Assembly: GCA_963664115.2 (NCBI GenBank)
Contig: CAXWPJ010000009.1
Location: 768,001 to 832,000, forward strand
DNA length: 64,000 bases
Source: Terriglobia bacterium
GTDB lineage: Bacteria > Acidobacteriota > Terriglobia > 20CM-2-55-15
Direction of reading: 5' to 3'
This document shows, one piece after another, positions 1 through 17,433 of this stretch. The notes under the pieces were generated by a model. The model was not told the origin of the DNA, made no database searches, and saw only the letters and a list, made by a program, of their open reading frames with translations. Numbering within the stretch: position 1 is the stretch's first letter; each line of letters starts with the position of its first letter. The position numbers and the translations under genes were made by a program.

Positions 1-682
1 CGAACAGCCCTTCATCCACCTCGCTGGCGGCCTCAATAAGTTTTTCTCGACGTACGGCCGACTCCTCTTTAAGTTCTTCTGGGATCTCCTGAATTTCGTA
101 CTCAGCGCCGCGTGACGCATCCGAATAGACGATCGCCTTTCGCCGGATCAGATCGATAACGCCCGAAAACTTTTCTTCTTTCCCCAGCGGCAACTGGAGC
201 ACAACAGGATTTCCCCGCAATCGAGTCCGAATCATGTCGACACAGTTATCGAAATCGGCTCCGGCTCGATCCATCTTGTTGACGAAGGCAATCCGGGGAA
301 CACGATACTTGTCTGCCTGCCGCCACACGGTTTCCGATTGCGGTTCGACGCCGCCAACCGCGCAAAACACCGCCACAGCGCCGTCCAGCACTCGAAGCGA
401 TCGCTCGACCTCTGCCGTGAAATCCACGTGGCCAGGAGTATCAATTATGTTGATCCGGAAATCGTTCCAGAAACATGTCGTGGCTGCCGAGGTAATGGTG
501 ATTCCACGCTCCTGCTCCTGTTCCATCCAGTCCATGGTGGCCGTGCCTTCATGCACCTCACCCAACTTGTAATTGATTCCGGTGTAGTAGAGAATCCGCT
601 CCGTAGTAGTTGTCTTGCCGGCATCGATATGGGCCATGATGCCGATATTGCGAGTTTTCTCTAATGGTACGACTCTTGGCAT
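1..682 (-). CDS. fusA: Elongation factor G (5' part; runs off the left edge)
   Basis: Manual translation from ATG at 682 gives [35 protein letters not shown], followed by the DTPGH and NKMD GTPase motifs; lies directly downstream of rpsG. Confidence 0.98.
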   Translation of the reverse strand, partial: MPRVVPLEKTRNIGIMAHIDAGKTTTTERILYYTGINYKLGEVHEGTATMDWMEQEQERGITITSAATTCFWNDFRINIIDTPGHVDFTAEVERSLRVLDGAVAVFCAVGGVEPQSETVWRQADKYRVPRIAFVNKMDRAGADFDNCVDMIRTRLRGNPVVLQLPLGKEEKFSGVIDLIRRKAIVYSDASRGAEYEIQEIPEELKEESAVRREKLIEAASEVDEGLF

Positions 683-698
683 GATTTTCTAATTCGTG

Positions 699-1169
699 CT
701 ACCAGCGATAGTGGGCAAAGGCTTTGTTCGCCTCCGCCATCCGGTGCGTATCTTCCTTCTTTTTCACAGCATTTCCGCGATTGTTAGCAGCATCCAGCAC
801 TTCGCCAGCAAGCTTTTCTTCCATCGATCTCTCACCCCTTGCACGCGAATAACCGATGAGCCAGCGAATGCCCAGCGACGTTCGGCGGACGGTGCTTACC
901 TCCAGCGGCACCTGGTAGGTCGAACCACCCACACGGCGCGACTTCACTTCCAGAACAGGCTTGATATTCTCGATCGCCTTCTTGAACACCTTCAAGGGAT
1001 CATCGCCGGCTTTCTCTTCAACGATCTTCAGTGCTCGGTAGAAAATCTGCTGCGAAACGCTCTTTTTACCGCCCCACATCATCTGGTTGATGAACTTCGA
1101 CACGAGCGCACTCGAATAGACCGGATCCGGCAGGATCTCGCGGCGTACAACGTGAGCCTTTCTGGGCAT
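699..1169 (-). CDS. rpsG: 30S ribosomal protein S7
   Basis: [12 protein letters not shown] and C-terminal [15 protein letters not shown]; str operon position. Confidence 0.99.
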   Translation of the reverse strand: MPRKAHVVRREILPDPVYSSALVSKFINQMMWGGKKSVSQQIFYRALKIVEEKAGDDPLKVFKKAIENIKPVLEVKSRRVGGSTYQVPLEVSTVRRTSLGIRWLIGYSRARGERSMEEKLAGEVLDAANNRGNAVKKKEDTHRMAEANKAFAHYRW

Positions 1170-1297
1170 ACAAACCTCAAAACGACTTCCTCAAAAGCCA
1201 GGGGAAGTCGCGGCCTTTCGGCACAGTTTATTGTCGAATCACGTGGGGCCTATACCCGGGCGTAGATCCCGGTGGCAGACTCCGTACTTCGGCAGTT

Positions 1298-1672
1298 TTA
1301 ACCCTTCGGTCGCTTCGCGCCATACTTCGAACGCGATTGCTTGCGGCCCGTCACACCCGCAGCGTCCAATGTCCCACGGATCACGTGGTACCGAACGCCC
1401 GGCAAATCCTTTACTCGGCCGCCGCGTATCAAAACGATGGAGTGCTCCTGCAGGTTGTGTCCAATTCCAGGAATGTAAGTTGTAACCTCGATTCCATTCG
1501 TCAACCGGACCCGTGCCACCTTCCGCAAGGCTGAATTCGGCTTCTTTGGCGTCGACGTATAAACACGCGTGCACACGCCACGCTTTTGCGGACAATTCTG
1601 CAAAGCAGGGCTGCCCGTCTTATACTTCGGCTTCTTTCGACCCTGTCGAACCAGTTGGTTGAACGTCGGCAC
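1298..1672 (-). CDS. rpsL: 30S ribosomal protein S12
   Basis: [31 protein letters not shown]. Confidence 0.99.
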   Translation of the reverse strand: MPTFNQLVRQGRKKPKYKTGSPALQNCPQKRGVCTRVYTSTPKKPNSALRKVARVRLTNGIEVTTYIPGIGHNLQEHSIVLIRGGRVKDLPGVRYHVIRGTLDAAGVTGRKQSRSKYGAKRPKG

Positions 1673-1741
1673 GATGTTTCAACTCCTGAACTATTCGTCA
1701 CTGCCCCCGGTAACAAAACCGTCCATTGGGGAAAGTCGTTA

Positions 1742-1771
1742 ATTTTATTAGATTGTGTAAGTGCTTGTCAA
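1742..1771 (-). promoter_or_regulatory. Putative sigma70 promoter of the str operon
   Basis: Minus strand TTGACA-N18-TAAAAT about 70 nt upstream of rpsL. Confidence 0.6.
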
Positions 1772-1939
1772 TCCATACACTTCCAAAAAAAACTGTGAGG
1801 TCAGGCCGCCTCTCACTTCCAAGCCAGTCCCTGGCTGATCTCGCGCCAGCCAGAGAACGTCATCGATCGAGGCTGGGAGCAGGATTAAATCCGCCCATGC
1901 TTGAACCACCAGGCACAATCCGGATTTAATTTTCACTGA

Positions 1940-6106
<4,167 letters not shown>

Positions 6107-6203
6107 AGCAATGACCTCCTCGAAGGAGTTAAGAAATCAGTGTCGATTAACAAACGCGCATCGACGAGTGCGGGGCAGTTCACCGACGACTCACCACTCA
6201 TCT

Positions 6204-9200
6204 CTAGTCTTTTCCGGCTGAAGCTGACGGTTTCCTCTTCATCAACTCGACGTCAAGACAAAGGCTCTGAAGCTCCCGAATCAGTACGTTGAAAGATTCA
6301 GGAACGCCGGGCTCAATTGCGGACTCTCCCTTAACGATCGCCTCATAGATTTTTGTACGTCCAAACACGTCATCCGACTTGGACGTCAGGAGTTCCTGGA
6401 GTATGTGAGCGGCCCCATACGCTTCCAGAGCCCAAACCTCCATCTCCCCGAAACGCTGGCCTCCAAACTGTGCTTTACCACCCAAGGGCTGTTGCGTAAT
6501 TAACGAGTACGGACCGATGGATCGGGCATGAATTTTGTCGTCAACCAGGTGAGACAGCTTGAGCATGTAAATGTATCCCACCGTTACTTCCTGCTCGAAC
6601 GGATCGCCCGACAACCCGTCATAAAGCCGCGTCTTCCCGCTGTGAGGCAGGTTGGCCTGCTCAAGCGCTGATTTGATCTCCGATTCTGTCGCGCCATCGA
6701 AAACCGGGGTCGCGTAATACAGGCCTAAGGCATGGGCGGCCCACCCGAGGTGAGTCTCGAGAATCTGGCCCACATTCATCCTCGACGGCACCCCCAGAGG
6801 ATTCAAAACGATTTCCACCGGCGTGCCATCCGGCAGGAAAGGCATATCCTCCTCGGGCAAGATCCGAGCGATCACGCCCTTGTTGCCATGCCGGCCCGCC
6901 ATCTTGTCACCAACCGAAAGCTTTCGTTTCATAGCGACATAAACCTTGACCAGTTTAATTACGCCTGGCGGCAGTTCGTCACCACGTCGCAGCTTGGAAA
7001 CACGATCTTCATGAACTTTTCGAAGTACGTCGATCTGACGCGTCGTCATGCCTTCGATTTCCTGAATCTCAGCCGCATTGTTGGAACCATCGGTGAATTT
7101 CAGCTTCAGAAGCTCCCGCATCGATAGGTTTTCGATTAATTCCCGAGTCAACACCGTCTTCTTCTCAACGATCTTCCGACCGCTCCGATCGTGAACAAGT
7201 TGATTCGAAGTCGTCTTGCCGGAAAGGATCGGCTCCAAGCGCTTGTTTCTCTCGTCTGACAGAATGCGGATTTCGTCACGCAGGTTCTTCTCCAGGCGCT
7301 GTAACTCCATCTCTTCGATCAACATCGCCCGTTCATCTTTTTCCGCACCCTTGCGAGAGAAAATATTCACGTCGACGACGATGCCTTCGATACCTGGCGG
7401 ACAAATCAGAGACGCATCACGAACGTCTCCAGCCTTTTCGCCGAAAATCGCCCGTAACAATTTCTCTTCGGGAGTGAGCTGCGTTTCGCCTTTCGGAGTT
7501 ACCTTTCCAACGAGCACGTCGCCCGGCTTTACATTCGCCCCGATTCGGATAATGCCCGCTTCATCCAGGTCGTTGAGGAAGGACTCGCTGACGTTCGGAA
7601 TATCGCGCGTGATCTCTTCGGGGCCGAGCTTGGTATCTCGCGCTTCGATCTCAAACTCTTCGATGTGAATCGATGTGTAATAGTCGTCCTTGACCAAACG
7701 CTCGGAAACCAGAATCGCGTCCTCGAAGTTGTAGCCACGCCAAGGCATGAAGGCGACGAGTATGTTGCGTCCCAGCGCAAGTTCACCCTGTTCGGTACAG
7801 GGTCCGTCTGCAAGCACTTGCCCCTTAAGAACCCGGGCTCCCTTCCGGACGACGGGCTTCTGATTAATGCAAGTATTCTGATTGGAACGTTTAAATTTGG
7901 TCAGCGAGTAAATGTCGGCGCCGACCTCCCTCGAGAAGAAGCTCTCTTCAGTTCCTTCGACCCGAACAATGATCCTCTCGGAATCGACAGAATCGACGAC
8001 ACCGCTTCGTCGGCAAATGACCACAGCGCCGGAATCACGGGCTGTAATCTCTTCCATTCCGGTACCAACAAACGGCGCGTCCGTCCGAAGCAAGGGCACG
8101 GCCTGTCGTTGCATATTCGATCCCATCAACGCACGGTTCGCATCGTCGTTCTCCAGGAACGGAATCAGCGAGGCAGCCACCGAAACCAACTGCTTGGGAG
8201 AGACATCTACATAGTCGACTTCTTCACGGTGTTTTAAAACGAAATTACCCGACTGCCGCACGTTGACCAGTTCGTCGACCATACGCCCGCGGTCATCCAA
8301 TTCCACATTGGCCTGAGCGATCAGAAATTCGTCTTCCTCCCACGCAGAGAGATAGAAGGAGTGCGGCTCGAATTCGATACGCTTCTTTCCCGTCAACGAA
8401 CGGTTTTCCTTCTCGACGACCTCTCGCTCGACGTTCGATCCGACGTCGTGCTTCGATCCACCTTTAGAGAGAATGGTCACATAATCGATGACACGACCTT
8501 TCTTTACCTTGCGATACGGGCTTTCTATAAAACCGAACTCGTTAATTCGGGCGTAGCAACTCAGGGAAGAGATCAGTCCGATGTTCGGTCCTTCCGGAGT
8601 TTCGATGGGGCATATACGACCGTAATGTGTGGGATGAACGTCTCGAACTTCAAATCCCGCGCGTTCCCGGGAGAGTCCTCCCGGGCCCAAGGCCGAAAGG
8701 CGCCGCTTGTGAGTGATCTCGGAAAGAGGATTCGTCTGGTCCATAAACTGAGAGAGCTGTGATGAACCAAAAAATTCACGAACCGCAGCGATTACAGGCT
8801 TGGCGTTGATCAAGTCGTGCGGCATTGCGGTGATCATTTCTTGATAGACCGACATCTTTTCCTTGATTGCCCGCTCCATACGAACCAACCCGATTCGGAA
8901 CTGGTTCTCCAGCAACTCTCCGACGGCGCGGACTCGGCGATTACCAAGATGATCGATGTCGTCCACTTGACCGATGGGTTTGCGCAACTTTAAGAGATAG
9001 GAAATGACGCCGAAGAAATCACTCGGTTCCAGAATCCTATTCTCCAAAGGAGTCGTCATGTCCAATTTGATATTGAACTTGAGCCTGCCGACTCTCGAAA
9101 AGTCGTACTTCCGCGCTTCGAAGAACATGCCATCAAACAGGTTGGTGGCGGTATCCAGGGTGGGGGGGTCGCCGGGTCGCAACTTACGGTAGATCTCGAT

Positions 9201-10484
9201 CAAGGCTTCCTCCGAAGTCTTGATCGTGTCCTTCTTAACCGTCTGGCTCAAAACGATGCCGATATCGTCGCGTTCAGGGAAGAACACGGTGAGTTCCGGC
9301 ACACCGGCATCGATCACCGATCGAACAATCGTCGGATTCAGCTCGCTGTTGGCCTCGGCGATTACTTCACCCGTGTTGGTGTCTACAATGTCAGCAGCCG
9401 TGAACGCGCCTTCAAGGTCTTCGGCGGCAATTTCAAACTGTTTCAACTTTGATTGCTTGATGTTCTGGAACACCGAGGCAGTGACCTTTTTGCCAGCCCC
9501 AACCAGCAGTTCTTTCGTTTTTGGGTTCCGGATCTCTTTGCTGATCCGCATTCCTAGAATCGTGGAAGAGAAAATCCAGAACAGCTTCTCCTTGACGATC
9601 TTGACCGTATCGATCGAGTAGAACTTGCGAATGATTTCTTCGTCGTTCTTCAGTCCAAGAGCCCGCAGGAAGATGGAGGCGAGAAATTTTCGTTTCCGGT
9701 CGATCCTGACGTGAAGAAGGTTCTTTGCAGTCTCGTATTCGAACTCCACCCATGAACCACGGTAGGGAATGATCTTGCCCAGGAAGTAGTCGCGAGCCGG
9801 CGTTGATTCGAAGAAGACACCGGGGCTCCGGTGTAATTGGCTGACGATGACGCGCTCGGTACCGTTTATGACGAACGTACCGTTATCGGTCATCAAAGGA
9901 ATTTCCCCGAAGTAAACCTCTTGTTCCTTGATGTCGCGAATCGTCTTGGCGCCCGTATCCGGATCCTTGTCAAAAATCGTCAGGCGGATCGTGACCTTTA
10001 GAGGCGCCGAGTACGTCATACCTCGTGCCTGGCACTCGTTGACGTTGTATTTGAGGTTTAGCTGAACGGGATCGCCGCACTTCTGGCAAAAGGTGACGAG
10101 ATTCTTGTTGATCGTGCCGCAATGCCGGCACATCACAGTGCTTTCTGCAGAAAACGGGTTCGTCGTGATCGTGCTGCCGCACGATCGGCAAGTACTGCGC
10201 AGATGGTGGAGCCCCTTCAGTGTCCCGCACTTGCACTCCCAATTCCCAATCGAATAACTGATGAATTCAAGAGTCGACACTCCCCGAAAGTCCGAGATCG
10301 GAAAAACCGAATTGAAAACTGCCTGAAGCCCCGTATCCTCGCGTTCGTCCGGCAGCATGTTCATCTGAAGAAATCGTTCGTAGGACTTCTTCTGAACCTC
10401 GATGAGATTCGGAATCTGAATCGCCGTCTTGATCTTCGAAAAGTTAGTTCTATCTCTAGAGTTATTCGTATTAATGTCTGCCAT
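6204..10484 (-). CDS. rpoB: RNA polymerase beta subunit, with a Cys-rich N-terminal insert
   Basis: [46 protein letters not shown]. Confidence 0.99.
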   Translation of the reverse strand: MADINTNNSRDRTNFSKIKTAIQIPNLIEVQKKSYERFLQMNMLPDEREDTGLQAVFNSVFPISDFRGVSTLEFISYSIGNWECKCGTLKGLHHLRSTCRSCGSTITTNPFSAESTVMCRHCGTINKNLVTFCQKCGDPVQLNLKYNVNECQARGMTYSAPLKVTIRLTIFDKDPDTGAKTIRDIKEQEVYFGEIPLMTDNGTFVINGTERVIVSQLHRSPGVFFESTPARDYFLGKIIPYRGSWVEFEYETAKNLLHVRIDRKRKFLASIFLRALGLKNDEEIIRKFYSIDTVKIVKEKLFWIFSSTILGMRISKEIRNPKTKELLVGAGKKVTASVFQNIKQSKLKQFEIAAEDLEGAFTAADIVDTNTGEVIAEANSELNPTIVRSVIDAGVPELTVFFPERDDIGIVLSQTVKKDTIKTSEEALIEIYRKLRPGDPPTLDTATNLFDGMFFEARKYDFSRVGRLKFNIKLDMTTPLENRILEPSDFFGVISYLLKLRKPIGQVDDIDHLGNRRVRAVGELLENQFRIGLVRMERAIKEKMSVYQEMITAMPHDLINAKPVIAAVREFFGSSQLSQFMDQTNPLSEITHKRRLSALGPGGLSRERAGFEVRDVHPTHYGRICPIETPEGPNIGLISSLSCYARINEFGFIESPYRKVKKGRVIDYVTILSKGGSKHDVGSNVEREVVEKENRSLTGKKRIEFEPHSFYLSAWEEDEFLIAQANVELDDRGRMVDELVNVRQSGNFVLKHREEVDYVDVSPKQLVSVAASLIPFLENDDANRALMGSNMQRQAVPLLRTDAPFVGTGMEEITARDSGAVVICRRSGVVDSVDSERIIVRVEGTEESFFSREVGADIYSLTKFKRSNQNTCINQKPVVRKGARVLKGQVLADGPCTEQGELALGRNILVAFMPWRGYNFEDAILVSERLVKDDYYTSIHIEEFEIEARDTKLGPEEITRDIPNVSESFLNDLDEAGIIRIGANVKPGDVLVGKVTPKGETQLTPEEKLLRAIFGEKAGDVRDASLICPPGIEGIVVDVNIFSRKGAEKDERAMLIEEMELQRLEKNLRDEIRILSDERNKRLEPILSGKTTSNQLVHDRSGRKIVEKKTVLTRELIENLSMRELLKLKFTDGSNNAAEIQEIEGMTTRQIDVLRKVHEDRVSKLRRGDELPPGVIKLVKVYVAMKRKLSVGDKMAGRHGNKGVIARILPEEDMPFLPDGTPVEIVLNPLGVPSRMNVGQILETHLGWAAHALGLYYATPVFDGATESEIKSALEQANLPHSGKTRLYDGLSGDPFEQEVTVGYIYMLKLSHLVDDKIHARSIGPYSLITQQPLGGKAQFGGQRFGEMEVWALEAYGAAHILQELLTSKSDDVFGRTKIYEAIVKGESAIEPGVPESFNVLIRELQSLCLDVELMKRKPSASAGKD

Positions 10485-10651
10485 TTGTGGTGTTTACTCC
10501 TGAAATGACAACGCACCGGGCGCAAGACGAACTTCGTCCCGCGGCTCCGGCCGTCCAATTCTGCGACCCGAGACCTTCCGTTGAAAGATATTCTTTCGGT
10601 AGCGAACCGATGAGTGCTCCCGCAATCGATGCCCGATTTTCCAGAACCGAG

Positions 10652-11032
10652 TTACTTCACTTCTACAGTGGCGCCAGCATCTTCGAACTGCTTTTTGATG
10701 TCTTCCGCTTCGTCCTTGTTCACGCCCTCTTTGATCGACTTCGGAGCGGACTCGACAAGGTCTTTGGCTTCCTTCAAACCCAAAGTCGTCAGCTTTCGTA
10801 CAACCTTTATGACGGTGATCTTGTTGCCGCCGAAACTAGTCAGTACAACATCGAATTCTGTCTGTTCTTCTTCTGCGGCTCCACCACCGGCCGCGGGGGC
10901 GCCCGCCACCGCGACGGCAGCCGCAGCTACGCTGACACCGAAGGCTTCCTCGATCCCTTTAACCAACTCGGAAGCCTCGATCAACGAAAGACCTTTGATT
11001 TCCTCGATGATGCTAGCTATTTTGTCCGACAT
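10652..11032 (-). CDS. rplL: 50S ribosomal protein L7/L12
   Basis: Ala-rich hinge, [21 protein letters not shown]. Confidence 0.99.
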   Translation of the reverse strand: MSDKIASIIEEIKGLSLIEASELVKGIEEAFGVSVAAAAVAVAGAPAAGGGAAEEEQTEFDVVLTSFGGNKITVIKVVRKLTTLGLKEAKDLVESAPKSIKEGVNKDEAEDIKKQFEDAGATVEVK

Positions 11033-11152
11033 GCGATTCTCCTGATTAATGAATGCGGGGTAAATCGGGACAGAGCTCGAATTTCTGAATTCCCATAACT
11101 GGCTCGTCCCACAAACCCTATGGAAAATCAGGGCTATACCCCTGTAATTTTC

Positions 11153-11677
11153 CTACCCGAATTTCTCTCCCTCGACGGCCTGTCCTAGGGCGACGGCAAG
11201 ATTCCGACCCACAGCGTTGATTCCGACGGCAATCCTCTGCGCCGGAGCGTTAACCAAATACATCAGTTGAGCGATCAATTCATCGTGGGAGGGCAATGCC
11301 GCGATCTCAGCCAGAGTTGAGATTTCGACCACGCGGCCTTCGACCATGCCCGCTTTGAACACGAAAGCCGGATGCGACTTCGCGTAGTCGGAAAGAGCCT
11401 TCGCCAGTGAGACAGGGTCTCCGGAATTGTAGGCAATCGCGGTGGGACCCTCAAATGACGCCGTCAGCTCCTGGGCCCGAGTCCCTTCGGCGGAAAGCTT
11501 GGCGAGTCTGTTTTTTACGACTTTATATTTGCTGTCGGCCTCGCGTACCTTGTTACGAAGATCGGTATCTTGCTCGACGTTGAGTCCCTTGAACTGAACA
11601 ACAATAAGGTTTTCCGCCTCGGCCAACTCTTTCCTCAAGTGTTCAACTTCTTCCTGTTTATGTTTCTTCGACTTCAC
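11153..11677 (-). CDS. rplJ: 50S ribosomal protein L10
   Basis: [30 protein letters not shown]. Start placed at GTG 11677 behind an AAGGAG SD (the ORF track extends to 11707). Confidence 0.95.
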   Translation of the reverse strand: MKSKKHKQEEVEHLRKELAEAENLIVVQFKGLNVEQDTDLRNKVREADSKYKVVKNRLAKLSAEGTRAQELTASFEGPTAIAYNSGDPVSLAKALSDYAKSHPAFVFKAGMVEGRVVEISTLAEIAALPSHDELIAQLMYLVNAPAQRIAVGINAVGRNLAVALGQAVEGEKFG

Positions 11678-11687
11678 CAGATTCTCC

Positions 11688-11745
11688 TTGGCAACTGAAA
11701 AGGGCACCCTTCCGATGTGGACCCGTGCGTCTTACTGCCGTTTGT
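11688..11745 (-). promoter_or_regulatory. Possible L10-leader-type autoregulatory RNA
   Basis: Short rplA-rplJ spacer with GGCA/TGCC and GCAC/GTGC pairing around AAGAC and GAAG purine runs; position matches the L10 leader. Not model-checked. Confidence 0.3.
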
Positions 11746-11747
11746 TG

Positions 11748-12443
11748 TCACTTGGCATCAACCGAGGCAAGATCGACATCAATCCCCGGGCTCATCGTGG
11801 TTGCCACGGTTACGCGGCGGATGTATTTGCCCTTCAAAGCTACGGGCCGTGCTTTGACAATCGAATCAGCCATGGTGCGCACGTTTTCAACCAGCTTCGG
11901 ATGGTCGAACGAAACTTTTCCACACGGAACGTGTATGACTCCGGTCTTGTCGACGCGGTACTCCACTTTGCCAGCCTTGACTTCCTCGACGGCCTTCGCC
12001 ACCTCGAATGTCACCGTTCCCGTTTTCGGGTTCGGCATGAGACCTCGTGGGCCAAGAACGCGGCCCAGCTTGCCCACCAATTTCATCATGTCCGGAGTCG
12101 AAATGCAGGCATCGAAATCAAGCCAGCCACCCTGAATTTTCTTGACAAGCTCCTCGCCACCAACGAACTCAGCACCGGCTTCCTCCGCCTCTCGAATTTT
12201 TTCACCGGACGCAATGACACAAATGCTCTTGGACTTGCCCAGGCCGTTGGGCAAAACGACTGTGCCGCGCACCATCTGGTCGGCATGCTTGGGGTCAACT
12301 CCAAGCCGCATGTGCAGTTCGACGGTCTCGTCGAACTTCGCAAACTTAATCTTCTGAAGGGTCTCAATCGCCTCATCAAGAGCATAAACCCGGTCTTCAA
12401 TCTGTTCAGAGGCCTTGCCGTAATTCTTGGTTACCTTTGCCAC
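11748..12443 (-). CDS. rplA: 50S ribosomal protein L1
   Basis: [23 protein letters not shown]. Confidence 0.99.
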   Translation of the reverse strand: MAKVTKNYGKASEQIEDRVYALDEAIETLQKIKFAKFDETVELHMRLGVDPKHADQMVRGTVVLPNGLGKSKSICVIASGEKIREAEEAGAEFVGGEELVKKIQGGWLDFDACISTPDMMKLVGKLGRVLGPRGLMPNPKTGTVTFEVAKAVEEVKAGKVEYRVDKTGVIHVPCGKVSFDHPKLVENVRTMADSIVKARPVALKGKYIRRVTVATTMSPGIDVDLASVDAK

Positions 12444-12446
12444 TTT

Positions 12447-12881
12447 CTAGCCTCCTACAACCTCAAGACCCATGCTGCGCGCTGTCCCTTTAACAATCTG
12501 CACAGCCGCCTCCAGGCTTGCCGCGTTCAAGTCGGGCATCTTTGTGCGGGCGATCTCTTCGACCTGCTTTTCAGTCACCTGACCCACCTTGGTCTTGTTA
12601 GGCTCCCCGGACCCTTTCGCTATCCCAGCCGAACGCTTCAGGAGTACGGCGGCGGGAGGCGTCTTAGTGATGAAAGTGAAGGATCGGTCCGCATATACCG
12701 TGATCACGGCCGGAATGATCAGTCCTTCCTGATCCTTCTCCGAAGTCCTGGCGTTGAATGTCTTACAAAAATCCATGATGGCCACACCGTGCTGCCCAAG
12801 CGCCGGGCCGACGGGAGGCGCAGGCGTCGCTTTACCCGCAGGAATCTGTAGCTTGATCAGACCAATGATTTTCTTCGCCAT
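12447..12881 (-). CDS. rplK: 50S ribosomal protein L11
   Basis: [30 protein letters not shown]. Confidence 0.99.
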   Translation of the reverse strand: MAKKIIGLIKLQIPAGKATPAPPVGPALGQHGVAIMDFCKTFNARTSEKDQEGLIIPAVITVYADRSFTFITKTPPAAVLLKRSAGIAKGSGEPNKTKVGQVTEKQVEEIARTKMPDLNAASLEAAVQIVKGTARSMGLEVVGG

Positions 12882-12907
12882 AACCCTCTAAACCGTCTCT
12901 GCTCGTT

Positions 12908-13459
12908 TCAATTTTTCTCTACTTGCAGGAAGTCCAACTCCACCGGAGTCGAGCGCCCGAAGATCGTAACCATGATTTTCAAGGTGTTCCGATCGTCGTT
13001 CACCTCGTCCACGACGCCTGTGAAGCTGCTGAAGGGGCCGTCAATGATATTGACGGTTTCACCGTTCTCAAAGCTCAGCTTAGGTTTGGGCCGGTCCGCT
13101 GCCGCCGTCTCAACTCTATATACGATCTGCTTGACTTCTTCGTCAGACAACGGCGTCGGAGATGAACCGGAACCCACAAAACCCGTTACCCTGGGCGTGT
13201 CTTTGACCAGATGCCAGGCCTCATCGCTCGGTCCACCGGTGTCGGTGTCTTCCATCTCGACCAACACATAACCGGGATAAAACATTTTCTGGGAAATCAC
13301 GCGCTTACCGCCCTTGACCTCGATGACCTCTTCGGTCGGAATCAAAACGTCGCAGACTTGTTCTTCGAGTCCAAAGGCCGCAGCCCGTGAACGGAGGCTA
13401 TCAGCCACCTTTCGCTCGAATCCCGAATACGTGTGAACGATGTACCACTGCTTGGGCAA
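12908..13459 (-). CDS. nusG: Transcription termination/antitermination factor NusG
   Basis: [41 protein letters not shown]. Start placed at TTG 13459 after CGGAGG; the longer ORF-track start overlaps secE. Confidence 0.97.
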   Translation of the reverse strand: MPKQWYIVHTYSGFERKVADSLRSRAAAFGLEEQVCDVLIPTEEVIEVKGGKRVISQKMFYPGYVLVEMEDTDTGGPSDEAWHLVKDTPRVTGFVGSGSSPTPLSDEEVKQIVYRVETAAADRPKPKLSFENGETVNIIDGPFSSFTGVVDEVNDDRNTLKIMVTIFGRSTPVELDFLQVEKN

Positions 13460-13466
13460 AGATCTG

Positions 13467-13697
13467 CTATCCTCCGCTACCGAAATAAGCCAAAACGCGG
13501 TTAAGCCCCAAACCGAGAACGTAGTCGACCAAGCCCAGATATACGCCGAAAAAGAAAACGGCGACAATTACGACGCCAGTCGTACCGATGATTTCGTCGC
13601 GTCCTGGCCAAGAGACCTTCTTCACCTCGCCCCGAACATCTCCATAGAACTGTGTGCTACGTTGGGACCAATCTTTGATTCTCGCAACTGGATTCAT
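13467..13697 (-). CDS. secE: Preprotein translocase subunit SecE
   Basis: [12 protein letters not shown] motif plus a single TM helix; lies between tRNA-Trp and nusG. Confidence 0.97.
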   Translation of the reverse strand: MNPVARIKDWSQRSTQFYGDVRGEVKKVSWPGRDEIIGTTGVVIVAVFFFGVYLGLVDYVLGLGLNRVLAYFGSGG

Positions 13698-13771
13698 AGA
13701 ATCAGTAAAATCACGGTAGCCCTCAGCGTCCGCGTCGGGCTTTTACCTGCAGCCGTCTGCTGTTTTGTAGG

Positions 13772-13845
13772 CAGGCCAGGAGGGATTCGAACCCACAACA
13801 TCCGGTTTTGGAGACCGGCGCTCTGCCAATTAGAGCTACTGGCCT
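13772..13845 (-). tRNA. tRNA-Trp (CCA anticodon); 3' CCA not encoded (CCT follows)
   Basis: AGGCCAGTAGCTCTAATTGGCAGAGCGCCGGTCTCCAAAACCGG...GGTTCGAATCCCTCCTGGCCTG cloverleaf. Confidence 0.97.
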
Positions 13846-13888
13846 AGACTTAGAAAAGTCGAAAGTAGATGATTGTAACAGATTACAC

Positions 13889-14038
13889 CTACTTCGTCTC
13901 GCGATGAACGGTGTGATGCCGGCAGCGCGGGCAATATTTCTTGGTTTCCAGTCTCTCCGTGTGCTTCTTTTTGTTTTTAGTGTTCGTGTAGTTTCGTTCT
14001 TTGCACTCGGTACACTGTAAAGTAATGATATCTCGCAT
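13889..14038 (-). CDS. rpmG: 50S ribosomal protein L33 (Zn-binding C+ type); absent from the ORF track
   Basis: Manual translation [49 protein letters not shown]. An in-frame ATG at 14050, 5 nt after GGAG, is an alternative start. Confidence 0.97.
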   Translation of the reverse strand: MRDIITLQCTECKERNYTNTKNKKKHTERLETKKYCPRCRHHTVHRETK

Positions 14039-14043
14039 GATAT

Positions 14044-14076
14044 TGACCATTGCGGCTCCACAAGTGGCGCCGTGTT
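14044..14076. repeat. Copy of a ~34-bp dispersed repeat also at 15482..15515
   Basis: TGACCATTGCGGCTCCA-CAAGTGGCGCCGTGTT versus TGACCATTGCGGCTCCAACTAGTGTCGCCGTGTT: 17 identical bases, then 1 indel and 2 mismatches. Confidence 0.85.
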
Positions 14077-14090
14077 ACGAGTTTCTGGTT

Positions 14091-15281
<1,191 letters not shown>

Positions 15282-15380
15282 GGCTTCTCTTCCTCGTCTG
15301 GTTTCTCTGTCTTCTGTTCGGGCCGTCTATGACCACCCTGCCTCTTTATGCGTTGCCATAAAACCGCACCTATTTCAAGG

Positions 15381-15452
15381 AGCGGGAGACGGGATTCGAA
15401 CCCGCGACCAACGGCTTGGAAGGCCGTGACTCTACCACTGAGTTACTCCCGC
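15381..15452 (-). tRNA. tRNA-Gly (TCC); CCA not fully encoded
   Basis: GCGGGAGTAACTCAGTGGTAGAGTCACGGCCTTCCAAGCCGTTGGTCGCGGGTTCGAATCCCGTCTCCCGCT. Confidence 0.97.
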
Positions 15453-15458
15453 CAATGA

Positions 15459-15533
15459 GACCATTGCCGTGACCATTGCGGTGACCATTGCGGCTCCAAC
15501 TAGTGTCGCCGTGTTCGTCGGCTCCAACTAGTC
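15459..15533. repeat. Compound tandem repeat: 3 x 12 bp (GACCATTGC(C/G)G(T/C)) followed by a 28-bp unit and a half unit (CGGCTCCAACTAGTGTCGCCGTGTTCGT)
   Basis: Read directly; 12-mers at 15459, 15471, 15483; 28-mer units start at 15491 and 15519. Confidence 0.9.
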
Positions 15534-17398
15534 CCAAAACAAGCGCATAACCAGTCCGCCGAGGCCCAGTTCGCGCCGATAGAATTCGAGGCATAGAATC
15601 CCGTTCCCGGATGGCCTGTTCCAGGTATCGAGTTTCTGTTGAATCTGTTTCAGTTCAGCCTCGCTGGTGTTGGACGGTTGACAGAAACCGGGACCTCGAT
15701 CGCCCGGGCTCAGAGTCATGATCGGGTCAACATCGCAGAGGCTGACGCAACACATCCACCCCGCGGAACAAGACCGGCAACCACCGGTTCCAGGCCAGGA
15801 TCCGGAACAGAATGCGCCGCCCGGTGCGCACGAGTTGGCACGGCACAAGCATGAAAGCGTTCAAGAAGGTTTTGAACTCCATGCGCAGCACGGTTTGCTT
15901 CTCAGCCTGATATTTTTGGCCCCAACGTCCGGTTTCGGGAAGCAGCAATGCAAACCACGCTTTCAGTGTCCAGGCCAGTGACGCGATCACCATGTAGGCC
16001 CAGTTGCTGGTCTGATCTCCGACCGGCATCCGCAACGCCTGAACGCCGTTCTTCAACTGCTCAATGAGATTCTCCTGATTGCACCGTTGATTGGCACGCA
16101 TCACAATCTGGTCGGCCGGATCCGAACGGTTGGTAATGTAGAAGAAGTACCGGATGTCGTCAAACAACACCTGCTCTCCTTTGGCCACCGACAGATTCTT
16201 CCGCACCACGACGACACGGTAGTCCCGATCGCAGGCTCCGGGTCGATACCGAAACTCGGCCACATCCTCACCCTGCAAGCGGATATTGTCGAAACCGCGC
16301 TGCCGAACGATCTCTTCCTTCACGTTGTCGGGACGTTGGCGCGGTTCGGTCGCCACGTCGTATTTCGCGGGCCGTTCCAGGCGCTTCCACTGGCGCGGCT
16401 CCAGTTCATCGGCCCGGGCCTTCAGGTTCGCCATCGCGTCAATCCCGAATATGAAACCCACCTGCTGGTCGTCCCATCCGTCCAGATGCCGGGTCTGGCT
16501 GAAGTCCGTGTCCCCGCGCAGCAGGATCTGGCGAAACCCCGCATGCCGGCACAATGCGATGGCTTGGTCGAACCGGACCGCGGCTCCTTCATGCGACGGC
16601 CGGTTGCCGCTACGATTGACCAGATACAGCGGTTCGGCGGTGTTGGCCAGCGAGATCATCAGCGGGTGATATCCCCACGTCCCGTCGTAGGCCACGTCCA
16701 TCCCTTGCTTGCATTCCCCCGTGGTTTCGGCCAGTGTCCCGTCCGCGTCCAACACCGCTTCTTCGAAAAACGCCGCCGGTTGCTGTCGCCAGACTCCGAG
16801 CCGGACTTGATTGGTTGCCTCCATCAGACACTCCACGTCGTCGGCCTCGAATCTCCGGCAGAAGTCTCCCGCCGTCGTCGGATCCGGAATCCGTTGCGCT
16901 CCCAGCGCATCCAGATACACCGCATCGTTGCGCCGCAGTTCGATGTCTTCCAGGCACGTTCCTCCGCTCAAGGCGTTGTAGGCGATGTTCAGCACGTGAT
17001 CCGACGTTCAGCACGTGATCCGACTCGTGATACGGCAGGTGCCGCTTCAACACATGCACGCCCTTGTCGATGGCTTCGATCAGCCCGGTCCGCCGCGCCA
17101 CCAGTTGCATCGTCCCGATACCACCAACCGATGTGCCCCGCGTCCGCTCTCCCATCTCGTACTGAATGTTGCTCGCCGAAAACATCGGCTCTACCTGATC
17201 CGTCCAATGCCGGTCCCCAAGCCGACGTTCGATTCGCCGCTTGCGGTTCCTCATGTTCTTGCGCGTATAATCGTTCATCTGAAATGCCTCCTTTTCCGAA
17301 GAATCTGTTCAAGGTTTTTTTCGCACGGAGAGGGGGCATTTCGGGTACTTCCGCTCTTATTGCACTATCATTTCCTCGTCAATCACGCTTGTTCAGGG
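15533..17398 (-). mobile_element. IS1380-family insertion sequence (~1.87 kb)
   Basis: Imperfect terminal inverted repeats CCCAAAACAAGCG / CGCTTGTTCAGGG, each abutting ACTAGT; contains an IS1380-type DDE transposase. Confidence 0.9.
15727..17278 (-). pseudogene. IS1380-family transposase, frameshifted by a 19-bp tandem duplication
   Basis: IPDPTTAGDFCRRF, LDADGT, GYHPL, LLRGDTDF, QENLIEQLK. GTTCAGCACGTGATCCGAC occurs twice (16987-17005, 17006-17024); removing one copy fuses the two ORFs into 510 aa (...YHESDHVLNIAYNAL...). Confidence 0.9.
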
Positions 17399-17433
17399 AC
17401 TAGTGTCGCCGTGTTCGTCGGCTCCAACTAGTC
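17399..17433. repeat. 35-bp direct repeat identical to 15499..15533 on the other side of the IS
   Basis: ACTAGTGTCGCCGTGTTCGTCGGCTCCAACTAGTC at both IS flanks. Confidence 0.92.

Noticed and set aside
11688-12851. 387-aa plus-strand ORF
   Set aside because: Antisense shadow of rplA/rplK with no protein-like motifs.
12908-13567. NusG with an N-terminal hydrophobic extension, as in the ORF track
   Set aside because: The extension is an alternative frame over secE; an SD plus TTG at 13459 gives a normal NusG.
15459-15533. Short repeats near 15.5 kb and 17.4 kb as a CRISPR array
   Set aside because: Units are directly tandem with no unique spacers, and there are no cas genes in the window.
16610-17278. 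Programmed frameshift or two-ORF transposase
   Set aside because: The frame change is fully explained by an exact 19-bp duplication, no slippery site is seen, and IS1380 transposases are single ORFs.
16087-17403. 438-aa plus-strand ORF inside the IS
   Set aside because: Antisense to the transposase in GC-rich DNA; no independent coding signal.
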